Shown here in pieces: positions 31,973-41,895 of a stretch of DNA of 64,000 bases. Location of the stretch: the NCBI GenBank assembly GCA_947628345.1, contig CANQZM010000001.1, forward strand, positions 2,534-66,533, read 5' to 3'. Made by a program: the position numbers and the translations under genes. Origin of the DNA: an uncultured Bacilli bacterium. Its GTDB lineage: Bacteria; Bacillota_I; Bacilli_A; RF39; UBA660. Each line of letters starts with the position of its first letter. Positions within the stretch are counted from its first letter, which is position 1. The notes beneath the pieces were generated by a model. The model worked only from the letters and a program-made list of their open reading frames with translations, was not told where the DNA came from and searched no databases.

Positions 31973-32521
31973 ATGAAAGTAAAAGGGATAAATTCTTCTT
32001 CTAGAAAGACTAAAGAAAAAATTAGACACGCTTTTGCAGAACTTCTTTCGGAGAAGAAAAGTTTGAACAAATTGACGGTGACAGATTTAGTTATGAAGGC
32101 AGATATAACAAGAAGTGCCTTCTATACACATTATGACAATATTTATGAAATTGCCAAAGAATTTCAAGAAGAAAGTCTTGCTATTTTTGTTGAGAACATG
32201 AAAAAGGCACAATCTATTGCAGATATAAATCTTTATTTCGATGAGATTAAGAACTATTTAGAAGCTAATGAAGAAATTTATACAATGATTTTATCTAGTA
32301 AAGATCCTCTTCTTTTTATAGAATCTTTTAGTGAAGTTATCTCGAAAAATTTATATAACTTATTAAAACAAAAAAATATCAACAACCTAGAATTTCATAT
32401 TCCATTTTTTGTAGATGGTTGTATGCATCTAATAATTAAACATTATCGAAAAGAAGTTCCATATTCTCTTGATGAAATTATAAATTATATGAAATTAATG
32501 TTTAAACGATTATTTTTGTAG
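31973..32521 (+). CDS. TetR/AcrR family transcriptional regulator
   Basis: N-terminal HTH (LTVTDLVMKADITRSAFYTHY); divergent to the MMPL gene. Confidence 0.7.
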   Translation: MKVKGINSSSRKTKEKIRHAFAELLSEKKSLNKLTVTDLVMKADITRSAFYTHYDNIYEIAKEFQEESLAIFVENMKKAQSIADINLYFDEIKNYLEANEEIYTMILSSKDPLLFIESFSEVISKNLYNLLKQKNINNLEFHIPFFVDGCMHLIIKHYRKEVPYSLDEIINYMKLMFKRLFL

Positions 32522-32572
32522 TAAATTAGGATCATTAAAGAAAAAGAAACTATGTATTAGTCTCTTTTTATA

Positions 32573-33493
32573 TTATCCCATTACTTCTCCACCATTATTG
32601 TGGATAACTTGACCTGTCATATAACTAGAATCATCTGATGCTAAAAACACAAATGTTGGAGCTAATTCACAAGGCATAGCACCTCTTGCCATCGCAGCAT
32701 TTGATCCCAATGAAGGAATCTTTTCTTTTACCCAACAAGCTGGTTGTAAAGGTGTCCAAAAAAAGCCTGGAGCTATAGCATTTACACGGATGTTTTTTAA
32801 AGCTAAATTTCTAGCTAAAGCTCTAGTAAATCCCACAATAGCCCCTTTTGTTGTAACATAATCTATTAATTGTGGATCTCCATAAAATGTAGTTACAGAA
32901 CTTAAATTGATAATTGATGCCCCTGATTTTAAATATGGTAATACCGCTTTAGTCAAATAAAACATTCCATAAACATTGACTTTCATTGTACGATCAAATT
33001 GTTCATCACTAATTGAGGCAAGTTCATCTTGCTGATATTGTACACCGGCATTATTTACTAAAATATCTATTTTTCCAAAAACATTTAAAGTAGTATCAAC
33101 AATTTGTTTACAAAATTTCTTATCCGAAATATCCCCAGACATGATGATACATTCTCCACCAAGTTTTTCAATATATTGTTTTGTATATTGTGCATCTTTA
33201 TGTTCATTATAATATGGTATTACAAGCTTAGCCCCTTCTTTAGCAAACGCAACAGCGGCAGCTCTACCTAAACCACTATCTCCTCCTGTAATAATCGCTA
33301 CCTTATTTTTAAGTTTTCCACTTCCAACATAATTAGGATTATCAAAGATAGGTAAAGGTTTCATTAAATATTCCATCCCAGGCTGAGTATTTTGGGATTG
33401 TTCTGGTGCTAGAATCTTATATTCTGTACTTCTAATTCCATTTGGATAAAAGTATTGATAATATTGATTTCCATATTGATAATCAAAATTCAT
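32573..33493 (-). CDS. SDR-family NAD(P)-dependent oxidoreductase (general stress protein 39-like)
   Basis: TGGDSGLGRA Rossmann motif, NNAG, S...Y...K catalytic triad region. Confidence 0.75.
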   Translation of the reverse strand: MNFDYQYGNQYYQYFYPNGIRSTEYKILAPEQSQNTQPGMEYLMKPLPIFDNPNYVGSGKLKNKVAIITGGDSGLGRAAAVAFAKEGAKLVIPYYNEHKDAQYTKQYIEKLGGECIIMSGDISDKKFCKQIVDTTLNVFGKIDILVNNAGVQYQQDELASISDEQFDRTMKVNVYGMFYLTKAVLPYLKSGASIINLSSVTTFYGDPQLIDYVTTKGAIVGFTRALARNLALKNIRVNAIAPGFFWTPLQPACWVKEKIPSLGSNAAMARGAMPCELAPTFVFLASDDSSYMTGQVIHNNGGEVMG

Positions 33494-33567
33494 TATTTTT
33501 CCTCCTCAACTAAATATAGTATATGAGAAGACTTAAAAATGTGACCATTTAGACTAAATTTAATCAA

Positions 33568-35271
33568 TTATAAATAACAATTAACCTGGTAATAAACTGT
33601 ATATCTTTTTGTACCTTTAGTATCATATCCTCTTTTAAACTCATAAGTATTTTTTAAATAAGAACATAATAATGGCTTTTTATAACTTTCTCTGTAAGAT
33701 AAAAAGATATCTAATCTTACTATATTATTATCATTATTAATCTTAGAAACTTTTATATAATTAAGTATCAAACTAATTATTTTATTTATCGTAGATTGAG
33801 AATTAACCTTTAACTTTACAATATCTTCAAATTCTTTAGTTATATTGTCTACTTTGTCTATCTTTTTCTGTGAATTTTTAAGTATATTAATCTCTTTAGT
33901 AAGTTTATTTATGTTATCATTAAACATATTATTTTTTATCATAAACTCATCATTAGATAAACTACCTTGAATATTAAGTTCTAATATTTTATCTTTTTTT
34001 ATATAAAGTTTGTCTAACTCTTTTTTTCTGGTAATAATTTCTTCTTTAAGTTCTTTATCTATTTCTACGCATTTATAACAATTTATAAGAACATCAATAA
34101 TCTTATCAGAATTAATTGATAATTTTTCAATTAAATTTTTAAAAATATAATCTAATTCTGATTCCCTAATATTAGGTGAATCACAAGTAGTTTTACCATT
34201 TTTAAGATACTCTCCACAAACCCATGTTATATCATCTCTACTTTTTCTAAACTTTCTTCTATAAAAGGCTGTATTATGATCTTTACAATAAATTTTAGCA
34301 CTATATAAATATCTATTTGTATAAATCTCTTTATCTTGATTCCGACACTTAAAAGCCTTTTTTCTTGAAATTAACCGTTTATTAGCTCTTTCCCATAAAT
34401 CTTCTGAAACTATTGGAGGAATTTTAACTTTATCTTCTTGGATAATCCAATTATCCTTTTCAAAATATTTTATTTTCTTAGTCATATAATCTACTACTTC
34501 CGACTTTCTTGCACAATAGTAACCCTTATACTTAGGATTTTCAATCATTCTAGAAATTGTTGAAACATACCACTTATGACCTTGATGATTTTTGTTGCTT
34601 TCACTATTTAAAATTTTTACAATTTTAGAAAGAGATAATTCTTCTATGGCATAGTATTCATATATTTGCTTAATTAAACTAGCTTCATCTGGAATAATAT
34701 TTAAAAAACCCGTGTTCTTATCTTTTTTATAACCATAAAGTAAATTATTTCCAAGTATTTCTCTACGTTCTATAGCCCTATTCATTCCAAATCTAACACG
34801 TTCTGATAAACGTCTAATCTCATCTTGAGCCATGGAAGCCATTATAGTAAGTCGAAGTTCAGAATCAGGCATAGCTGTATTTATATTATCATTTACAAAT
34901 AACACAGCTACACCATATGACAAAAGTTCCCTAGTATATTTAATACTATCAAGAGTATTTCTAGAAAATCTAGAAATTTCTTTTGTAATAATCAAATCAA
35001 AATTACCCTGTCTAGCATCTTCAATCATCTTCATAAAATTATCTCTTTTTATATCACTAGTACCAGTTATTCCATCATCTACATATCCTGTTATATAAGT
35101 CCATTGAGGATTTTTCTTTATATACTCCTCAAAATGTTCTACTTGATTTTGTAGAGATTTTTTTTGTTCATGAGAATCAGTTGATACTCTGGCATAATCA
35201 GTAACTTTAAGCTTTATATTAGTAAGTGATATTCCCATATTAAGTTTTTTTCTAACATCATACAAATCCAA
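33568..35271 (-). CDS. Large serine recombinase (resolvase N-terminal domain, recombinase domain, zinc ribbon, coiled coil)
   Basis: YARVSTDSHEQKKSLQNQ catalytic Ser region, recombinase domain, Cys cluster CKDH...C; TTG start preceded by AGGAGG. Confidence 0.8.
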   Translation of the reverse strand: MDLYDVRKKLNMGISLTNIKLKVTDYARVSTDSHEQKKSLQNQVEHFEEYIKKNPQWTYITGYVDDGITGTSDIKRDNFMKMIEDARQGNFDLIITKEISRFSRNTLDSIKYTRELLSYGVAVLFVNDNINTAMPDSELRLTIMASMAQDEIRRLSERVRFGMNRAIERREILGNNLLYGYKKDKNTGFLNIIPDEASLIKQIYEYYAIEELSLSKIVKILNSESNKNHQGHKWYVSTISRMIENPKYKGYYCARKSEVVDYMTKKIKYFEKDNWIIQEDKVKIPPIVSEDLWERANKRLISRKKAFKCRNQDKEIYTNRYLYSAKIYCKDHNTAFYRRKFRKSRDDITWVCGEYLKNGKTTCDSPNIRESELDYIFKNLIEKLSINSDKIIDVLINCYKCVEIDKELKEEIITRKKELDKLYIKKDKILELNIQGSLSNDEFMIKNNMFNDNINKLTKEINILKNSQKKIDKVDNITKEFEDIVKLKVNSQSTINKIISLILNYIKVSKINNDNNIVRLDIFLSYRESYKKPLLCSYLKNTYEFKRGYDTKGTKRYTVYYQVNCYL

Positions 35272-35283
35272 ATTATATCCTCC

Positions 35284-35452
35284 TAATATTATTGAATTCT
35301 TTTAAGATATGTTCTTCTGTATATTTGAACATTTTATATGATATTTTTTGTTCATCAAATAATTGTTTATTTAAAAAAAGAGCTACTTCTAATATTATTT
35401 CTGTATTCTTATTTTTTACTTCTACAATTTTAGTAAAATCATTAAAATTCAT
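35284..35452 (-). CDS. Small protein (about 56 aa) immediately upstream of the serine recombinase, possible recombination directionality factor
   Basis: Strong RBS GAGGAG before ATG at 35452; translationally coupled to the recombinase. Confidence 0.35.
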
Positions 35453-35543
35453 GTAAATTCTCCTCTATTTTAAATTATGAAATAAGTAAGAAAATAATAC
35501 TTTAAGAAAAAATTTAACATTGCAAACATTTTTCTAAAAAAAA

Positions 35544-35578
35544 GAGTCTAATGAATTTTTTTCACTTCATTAGAACTC
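35544..35578 (-). terminator. Hairpin GAGTCTAATGAA/TTCATTAGAACTC downstream of the 35601..36305 gene
   Basis: Read directly. Confidence 0.4.
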
Positions 35579-35600
35579 ATTTAATTTATATTATTTAAGA

Positions 35601-36305
35601 TTATCTTGACTTTGCCCCATCGTTACCATATTGTGTACTATATTTATAAGATTTTTCAATAAAGCCAATTAAATTTTCAATTTCTTCACCAAATTGCGGT
35701 CCTTCATAAAAACTTCCGTCTTTATGTTCATTTACTGTTTGTTTTCCTACTTGTGCACTATACAAATCATACATTTCTTTTAACTCATCATATTCAACTG
35801 TATTATCATATTGGAAGTCAGGGTTTGTTCTTCTTTCTTGCCAAATATAAAACGGAATACTTACACTCTTACAAAGAATTTTCTTTTTTATTTCAGACAT
35901 ATCGCCCTTTGGATCATGGTATTCTGCTATTCCAGTACGATAGCCTATTTCTTGCCACATATTGTATAGTTCCGGAATATCTTGTAATACTTTTGCTATT
36001 CCCGAACCTCTTAAATTAATCATTTCCTTTAATTCATCATGTGCTTTCTTTACATGTTCATCAAACTTAAAAATTTCAAAATGTGTATATAAAGAGTTTG
36101 TTCCATTATCATTTTTCTTTTCTGGATAACCATTTTCCTGATAATACTGATTCTTGTATGATAATAACTTTCCTAATTCTACTTCACAATCCATTATTTC
36201 ATAAAAATTAGGATCTGTATTTGGATTACTTCTTATCCAATCATTAATGCCTTTCATTCTTTCTGATAATTTGTCTGCCATAACATCAAGTGTTTGTTTT
36301 TCCAT
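35601..36305 (-). CDS. Hypothetical protein (234 aa)
   Basis: ORF only. Confidence 0.4.
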   Translation of the reverse strand: MEKQTLDVMADKLSERMKGINDWIRSNPNTDPNFYEIMDCEVELGKLLSYKNQYYQENGYPEKKNDNGTNSLYTHFEIFKFDEHVKKAHDELKEMINLRGSGIAKVLQDIPELYNMWQEIGYRTGIAEYHDPKGDMSEIKKKILCKSVSIPFYIWQERRTNPDFQYDNTVEYDELKEMYDLYSAQVGKQTVNEHKDGSFYEGPQFGEEIENLIGFIEKSYKYSTQYGNDGAKSR

Positions 36306-36399
36306 AAAACTTAAAGCCTCCTGTCAATAATATTTAACTGTATTATACTATTTAATTTTTTTTTGTCAAATTTATGCTTTACAAATTGTGATTATCAAG

Positions 36400-36700
36400 C
36401 GAAAATTTCCCAACTATTATTGTGAATAACTTGACCTGTCATATAACTAGAATCATCTTCATAAAATTATCTCTTTTTACATCACTAGTACCAGTTATTC
36501 CATCATCTACATATTCTATTATATAAGTCCATTAGGGATTTTTCTTTATATTCTCCTAATGTTATTGAATTCTTTTAAGATATGTTCTTCTGTATATTTG
36601 AACATTTTATATGATATTTTTTGTTCATCAAATAGTTGTTTGTTTAAAAAAGCTACTTATAATACTATTTCTGTATCATTAAATTTTATATTTTCATCTT
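36400..36700. repeat. Degenerate, internally deleted second copy of the right end of the upstream island: SDR 3' end, recombinase 5' end and recombinase upstream region
   Basis: 36405-36455 matches 32590-32640; 36456-36560 matches 35028-35130; 36562-36690 matches 35287-35415; all near-identical by eye. Confidence 0.6.
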
Positions 36701-36806
36701 TCATAATATTTCTCATCATGAAGTCCCCTTTAATTAACATTATGAAATTTAAAATAAAACAACACTAATAAAAAACAGTACCTACCCTATAAAGTACTGT
36801 TTATTT

Positions 36807-38117
36807 TTATCGTTTTCTTGTATTAGAATCATTAATTAATCTATCTAACTGTTCGTTATTAATATATATTACTCTACCTCCAGCAGGATTAATTATACGA
36901 TTGCCAAACACTACCCATATTGCATCCATTGGTGTATTTGGCATACTAGCTGCTCCATCTGTGAAAATCACTTTGTTTTCTACACGTTTAGAAAATGCAT
37001 TTATTGCGACTTCAAAGTTAGTACCTCCACCACCAGAAAAAGATAAATTATCAATATCTGTTATATTTTTAATTTCTGAAAAACCATAAAATTTTGTATC
37101 AAAACAGCCTACTTTTACTTTAGATACACTTAAAATATTTTTACATTCTCTTAAAAAATTTCTAAGGAGCGTTTTATTAATAGAACCACTAGTATCTAAA
37201 AGTATTTCTGTTTCTGGATTTGGTAATTCTTCTAAATGTGCGGTTAAAACTCCATCTTCTATACTAGCATTTTGGTATGACCAATCAACATCATATTTAA
37301 TAGCCTCCTTCAATAACTTGCGCCAGTCTAAAAGAGGATTTGCTATACCGATATCACTAATAGTTATTTTGTCACTATTTGTTTTATTCCCATAGCCATG
37401 TGATTCATTTACTAAAGATTCTCTAAGTTCTTCTAATCGTTTTTTGTATTCTATTCGATTTTGTTGATATCCTTCCCTTTCTCCTAATTCAGTAAGTTTG
37501 TTAATAATTTCTTTTTTCTGCTTACTTAATGAATCGTTCATAGGTTCATTATTTTGGGAATTTTTATCATAAGCTTTGGACCATAGTTCGTGAGTGTCAT
37601 GCCCAACTTTATTTATCTCTTTTTGTACTTTAGATTGTCCAGTAGAATTTGACTTTGTTTCAGAATTATTTTGATTATTTGATTGTTCTTGATTGTCTGT
37701 TTGATTACTAGTATTTTCTTTTTGTTCTTTCTTTTCTTGTAAAAGTTTTTGATAAAGCTCCTCGACATCATAGTTTCCGGCATAAGGAATATCAATTGCA
37801 CCTTTAATTAGTGGTAATCCATCTTTTTTTAAATTAGCATTTAATACTCCATCAGCAGCCATATTCCATATTTCAGGATCTTTATCTTTGCACCTTTCGA
37901 TATGATTATAACCTATATGCCCAAGTTCATGAGCAAATACAAATATTTGTTCATCAGCAGTAAGATTTTTTAAAAATTCTGGATTATAGTAAATATTATC
38001 ACCATCAGTTGCAGCCGTTTCAATTGATTTATCAGAAATAAAGCAAGTGTTAGCTATGATACTTCCAAATGGTGAATATTTTACTAATAATCTTCGTTTA
38101 ATATAATCTATATCCAT
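36807..38117 (-). CDS. DUF2201-type protein: N-terminal putative zinc metallopeptidase (HExxH) plus C-terminal VWA domain
   Basis: FAHELGHIGYNH HExxH motif; MIDAS-like DTSGS in the C-terminal half; usual partner of AAA_5 MoxR ATPases. Confidence 0.7.
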   Translation of the reverse strand: MDIDYIKRRLLVKYSPFGSIIANTCFISDKSIETAATDGDNIYYNPEFLKNLTADEQIFVFAHELGHIGYNHIERCKDKDPEIWNMAADGVLNANLKKDGLPLIKGAIDIPYAGNYDVEELYQKLLQEKKEQKENTSNQTDNQEQSNNQNNSETKSNSTGQSKVQKEINKVGHDTHELWSKAYDKNSQNNEPMNDSLSKQKKEIINKLTELGEREGYQQNRIEYKKRLEELRESLVNESHGYGNKTNSDKITISDIGIANPLLDWRKLLKEAIKYDVDWSYQNASIEDGVLTAHLEELPNPETEILLDTSGSINKTLLRNFLRECKNILSVSKVKVGCFDTKFYGFSEIKNITDIDNLSFSGGGGTNFEVAINAFSKRVENKVIFTDGAASMPNTPMDAIWVVFGNRIINPAGGRVIYINNEQLDRLINDSNTRKR

Positions 38118-38125
38118 ATCTAATG

Positions 38126-38527
38126 TTAAATTTGTACAAGCAAAGAATATACTTCATCATTTATTTTTCTAGTATTTAAATCTAAGCAAGTAACAATCAC
38201 TAAACAATTTTTAGGTAATTCAAATGTAGCTATTTTCTTATATTTAAGTATTTCAATAAATTTTACTTGTTCATCTTCATCTACTTCATTTATATTATCA
38301 ATAATCAAAATAGTATAACTTTCTTTACTTTTGTCAATTAACTCTTTATACCAAGTTGGAGGACAAAAAGTCGTTTCTTCATAATGTCCATTTAACTCTT
38401 TTTTATCTATGTTAGCTTTTAGTATTATTGAATTTTCAAAAGCCACAGAAGGTACACCTGGTATAAGTAAATTGCAACCACCCATTTCAATATATTTTTC
38501 TAATAAATCCAATCTTTCTTGACTCAT
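38126..38527 (-). CDS. Hypothetical protein (133 aa) between the MoxR-like ATPase and the VWA/peptidase gene
   Basis: ORF only; overlaps the upstream gene by 4 bp (operon). Confidence 0.4.
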   Translation of the reverse strand: MSQERLDLLEKYIEMGGCNLLIPGVPSVAFENSIILKANIDKKELNGHYEETTFCPPTWYKELIDKSKESYTILIIDNINEVDEDEQVKFIEILKYKKIATFELPKNCLVIVTCLDLNTRKINDEVYSLLVQI

Positions 38528-40128
38528 TTTTTTATACCTCCTTGTGATAAATTATCAGCCATTTGTAATTCACTCAAATATTCTAATCTGCTTTCATCAC
38601 CATGAGTCCACATAGATTCAAAGGCTGCTTTTGGTTCTGCTCCGACCCGTTTCATAAAATCCCGTACTACTGAAAAGTTTTTATCATCAACTGAAGATAA
38701 TCCAACAGCTGTTGCAAATTTTTGAGCTGTATCCATTTCAAAATCTTCATCTGAATAATTATGGTTTAGCACATCTTCAACACTTATTACGTATTGACTT
38801 GTAAACCAAATAAAATCAGATGTTAAATCCTCTCCAATTAAAGCCCGTAACATTTCTGGTTGTTTGGTTTTATATAGTATTTTAGAAGCCAATTCCCATT
38901 TACGGGGATCTGCATTAGGTTTTTTACCAGTAAATGGTGTTCTTAATACATCTTCTCCACTATATGATTTATAAGCTATATATGCATAAATAGATGGATG
39001 AATTTTAGCATTTGGTTTTTCTACATCATAATTTAATCTTTCATAATTTTCTTCTGGAGTAGTCGCCCATTTTAACCAACTATTAACAGTTGTATTAATA
39101 TAAACATGAGCAAATCTATTATATAAAGGTTCTGCCAATTGATTGGCTGCTAAAGAATCCTCTAGATCATTTCCAGCCGCTACTATTCTAGCATTAGGTG
39201 GTAGTTTCCATATACCATTAATTTCTTTATCTAAAACTATATTAAAGGCCATTCCTTGAATTGAAGGAAGTGCGTTGGTAAGTTCGTCAAAAAATACAAT
39301 GTGAATTTTATCCGGTTCTTTTTCACATTTTTCTTTTATTTTAGAATACCAAGTAGGTGGTATATCAATCATTTCCCCTGTTGTAGCATTATATACACTT
39401 TTGCCATTTAAACTATCTGGAGTAGCATTTCTCATATATATAATTTCGCATTCTGGATCAAATTGTTTTACTCTTGCTGACTTACCATCACCAGATTTAC
39501 CATGCAAAAATATAGGAACAGAACTTTCTAAAGCACCTCTAATAATCTCTTCTTCTGTTACACGACTAAAATCAAAGCCATAAGGATTCCTTTGCCTTTT
39601 TGATTTAGTATTATTTAGGTTGTCTAATTGATCTAAATTCCTACTGGTAGGAATTATTTCCTTTGAAAAAAAAGTATCCGTATATTTATTTATATCTGTT
39701 TTACTAAAATCACCACGATAATTATTATCATTTTGAAATTGAACACCTGCAAAAAGAATATATTTAGCAAGAGCTACATCTTTTACTTTATCAACTAACC
39801 ATATAATAGGTTCAACCTTAATCCAATATGGTTGACCTACAATTATTGTTGTACCATTAGATAGTTGGTCTCCTGCACTATTAGTATCTGCAGTAAAACG
39901 AATATACTTACTACCATTATATACGTATTCTAAAAATTCACGTTTTTTAAATTGTTCATTATAACTATCATATGCTACTGAATCAGTTGTATATTTTTTT
40001 CCTGTGATTTTTGAATCTAAAATACCATTATTATAAGCTTGTTCTAATATATCTTGCTTAGATTGTTCTTCAACCCACTGAGGGAATTCTCCATATTGTA
40101 CTTCAAGAATTCCTTGGCGACCTCTCAC
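38524..40128 (-). CDS. MoxR-like AAA+ ATPase (AAA_5) with about 200-aa unknown N-terminal domain; no own ATG start for about 230 codons; in frame with the DGR VR ORF upstream
   Basis: Walker A FLHGKSGDGKSARV, Walker B IVFFDEL, sensor AAGN. The ORF is open in frame upstream to the TAA at 40207-40209 within the VR. Only a GTG without RBS at 40128. Confidence 0.7.
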   Translation of the reverse strand: MRGRQGILEVQYGEFPQWVEEQSKQDILEQAYNNGILDSKITGKKYTTDSVAYDSYNEQFKKREFLEYVYNGSKYIRFTADTNSAGDQLSNGTTIIVGQPYWIKVEPIIWLVDKVKDVALAKYILFAGVQFQNDNNYRGDFSKTDINKYTDTFFSKEIIPTSRNLDQLDNLNNTKSKRQRNPYGFDFSRVTEEEIIRGALESSVPIFLHGKSGDGKSARVKQFDPECEIIYMRNATPDSLNGKSVYNATTGEMIDIPPTWYSKIKEKCEKEPDKIHIVFFDELTNALPSIQGMAFNIVLDKEINGIWKLPPNARIVAAGNDLEDSLAANQLAEPLYNRFAHVYINTTVNSWLKWATTPEENYERLNYDVEKPNAKIHPSIYAYIAYKSYSGEDVLRTPFTGKKPNADPRKWELASKILYKTKQPEMLRALIGEDLTSDFIWFTSQYVISVEDVLNHNYSDEDFEMDTAQKFATAVGLSSVDDKNFSVVRDFMKRVGAEPKAAFESMWTHGDESRLEYLSELQMADNLSQGGIKK

Positions 40129-40169
40129 TTCGTTCGAGGCGATTTTAGAGATTAAAGAGTAAGGTATAG

Positions 40170-40243
40170 CTGGGCGAGCTCCAACATTACGTCCATTAAC
40201 ATCGCTTTAGTCCCTATCACCATTATCATCAACCGCGCGCGCG
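40170..40243 (-). other. DGR variable repeat (VR), 74 bp
   Basis: Identical to 41747..41820 except 8 positions, all of which are adenines in the other copy on the minus (sense) strand (7 A to G, 1 A to T). Differences fall on positions 1 and 2 of AAY codons in one frame. Confidence 0.85.
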
Positions 40244-40455
40244 TATCCGCTATCCGGTGTTTTCGTCCACCAAGCTCCTGTTCTGTCTTTTAAATTATTT
40301 CCTTCATTAGTATAACATGTTGATGATACATACCCACCAAGTAATATAGAAAAATCTGTTATAGCACATTTAGTTCCATATTTTTTAAACATGTCTAATC
40401 GATTTTCACTAAATATTTGATCATTCTCTAAGAATGTAAAGTTACTCATATACAT
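40207..40455 (-). CDS. Small ORF (about 80 aa) whose 3' end carries the first half of the VR; ends at a TAA inside the VR; likely the N-terminal part of a DGR target fused or read through into the MoxR-like ATPase
   Basis: MSNFTF...LLGGYVSST...GAWWTKTPDSGYARAVDDNGDRD*; RBS GGTGA before ATG 40455. Same frame as 38524..40128, separated only by a TAA that is also present in the TR. Confidence 0.5.
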   Translation of the reverse strand: MYMSNFTFLENDQIFSENRLDMFKKYGTKCAITDFSILLGGYVSSTCYTNEGNNLKDRTGAWWTKTPDSGYARAVDDNGDRD

Positions 40456-40499
40456 CACCAATTATATAATAACATACTTTTAATTTGTATAAATAAATT

Positions 40500-41567
40500 T
40501 TAAATTTCCTTTACAAAAATTATGTCAAGTTTAAACTTGATACTTTCATGAGTTATTTTTATGTGATTATAAAAAGCATTTTTTCTTTGAAATATATATT
40601 CTTCATCAACTATTCCTTTATTATATAACTTATTTAATGTTTTTATATGTTTTTTCATTCGTTGTTTTGATGATGCTCGCAATTTTACTATGATTTTCCC
40701 AGTATTACTTAAAATATGCCTATAGCCCAAAAAATCTATACCATTTTTTAGTTCACCTATTTGTGTTTTTTCATTAAGTTTCAAATCTAAAAATTGCTGA
40801 CAAAATGATTCTATTTCTTGCTTACATTTAACTAAATAACCCTTATCTCTATGAATTAAAATCATGTCATCCATATAACGTACATAATATTTTATTTTTA
40901 ATTGCTCCTTTATAAAATGATCTAACTTATTTAAATAGAATAAAGCAAACCATTGACTCGATTGATTACCAAGTGGTAAACCTCTAGTTGCATTATCTGG
41001 CTGTTCTTTAATTATTTTTCTGATTATCCACATTTCATCATCAGAAAAATTTATCTTTTCTAACATTCTTAGTAATATATCATGATTTATACTAGGAAAA
41101 TATTTTCTAATATCACACTTTAAAAAATATATTTTATTGTTTTGATTCTTAAAATATTCTGTTCTTAAAAATTTATGTAGTCTTTTTATTGCAAAAGTTG
41201 TACCTTTTTCTTTTCGGCAAGCACAGTTATCATATATTAATCTTTTATCTATTTTAGATTTTAAACACACATCACAAAAGCATCTAATTACCACTCTATC
41301 TTTAAAAGGTAAGGCTTCTATTAATCGTTGTTTTGGCTCATAAATGTAAAATTTTTTATATTTGCCCAATTTATATTTTTTAGTAGTTAATTCTTTAATT
41401 AAAATATTTAAATTAATTGCTAAATTGGACTCAAATCTAATGACTTCACCCTTGTGTTGTTTAGACTTTCTACAATTTTTATATGCATCATATAAATTTT
41501 CAAAAGTAAAAATTTCATCTAAAGTCATACTTACCTCCAAAAAATAAACACTCCTTATAACGCCCAA
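40500..41567 (-). CDS. Diversity-generating retroelement reverse transcriptase
   Basis: RT motifs: FYIYEPKQRLIEALPFKDRVV, FLKCDIRKYFPSI, DGR-specific motif 4 LGNQSSQ ((I/L/V)GxxxSQ), catalytic YVRYMDD, thumb FLGYR. Flanked by TR and VR. Confidence 0.85.
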   Translation of the reverse strand: MGVIRSVYFLEVSMTLDEIFTFENLYDAYKNCRKSKQHKGEVIRFESNLAINLNILIKELTTKKYKLGKYKKFYIYEPKQRLIEALPFKDRVVIRCFCDVCLKSKIDKRLIYDNCACRKEKGTTFAIKRLHKFLRTEYFKNQNNKIYFLKCDIRKYFPSINHDILLRMLEKINFSDDEMWIIRKIIKEQPDNATRGLPLGNQSSQWFALFYLNKLDHFIKEQLKIKYYVRYMDDMILIHRDKGYLVKCKQEIESFCQQFLDLKLNEKTQIGELKNGIDFLGYRHILSNTGKIIVKLRASSKQRMKKHIKTLNKLYNKGIVDEEYIFQRKNAFYNHIKITHESIKFKLDIIFVKEI

Positions 41568-41746
41568 AGAGTTATTAAACTCATTGTTTGTGTGAGTGTT
41601 TTAATTCTTCCACCGCACTAAGTATAAACTTTTAGCGGTTAGAAAAGAAGAAAATTCCTTCACCTTACAATACTGATATATCTTATATAAAATATATTTC
41701 TCTGATCTGTTTTCTGAATCTATAAAAAATTCCTTCAAAAGTGAAT

Positions 41747-41820
41747 CTGGGCGAGCTCCAACATTACGTTTATTAACATTGTTTTAGTTCCTATTACCAT
41801 TATTATCTACCGCGCGCGCG
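41747..41820 (-). other. DGR template repeat (TR), 74 bp, about 180 bp upstream of the RT gene
   Basis: See VR: carries A at all 8 mismatched positions; AAY-rich in the VR coding frame; begins with (CG)5 and ends with GGAGCTCGCCCAG in sense orientation. Confidence 0.85.
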
Positions 41821-41895
41821 ACCAAAAGCCACGAAAAAACACAACGCTCTAAAAATAAATTTTCTTCTTAATTAAAGGCCTTTCAACCTAAAATC

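Noticed and set aside
40231-40243. (CG)5-6 tracts at 40233-40243 and 41811-41820, which could be read as Z-DNA or restriction-site oddities in an otherwise AT-rich genome
   Set aside because: They are the matching 5' boundaries of the DGR VR and TR and are better explained as part of the retroelement.
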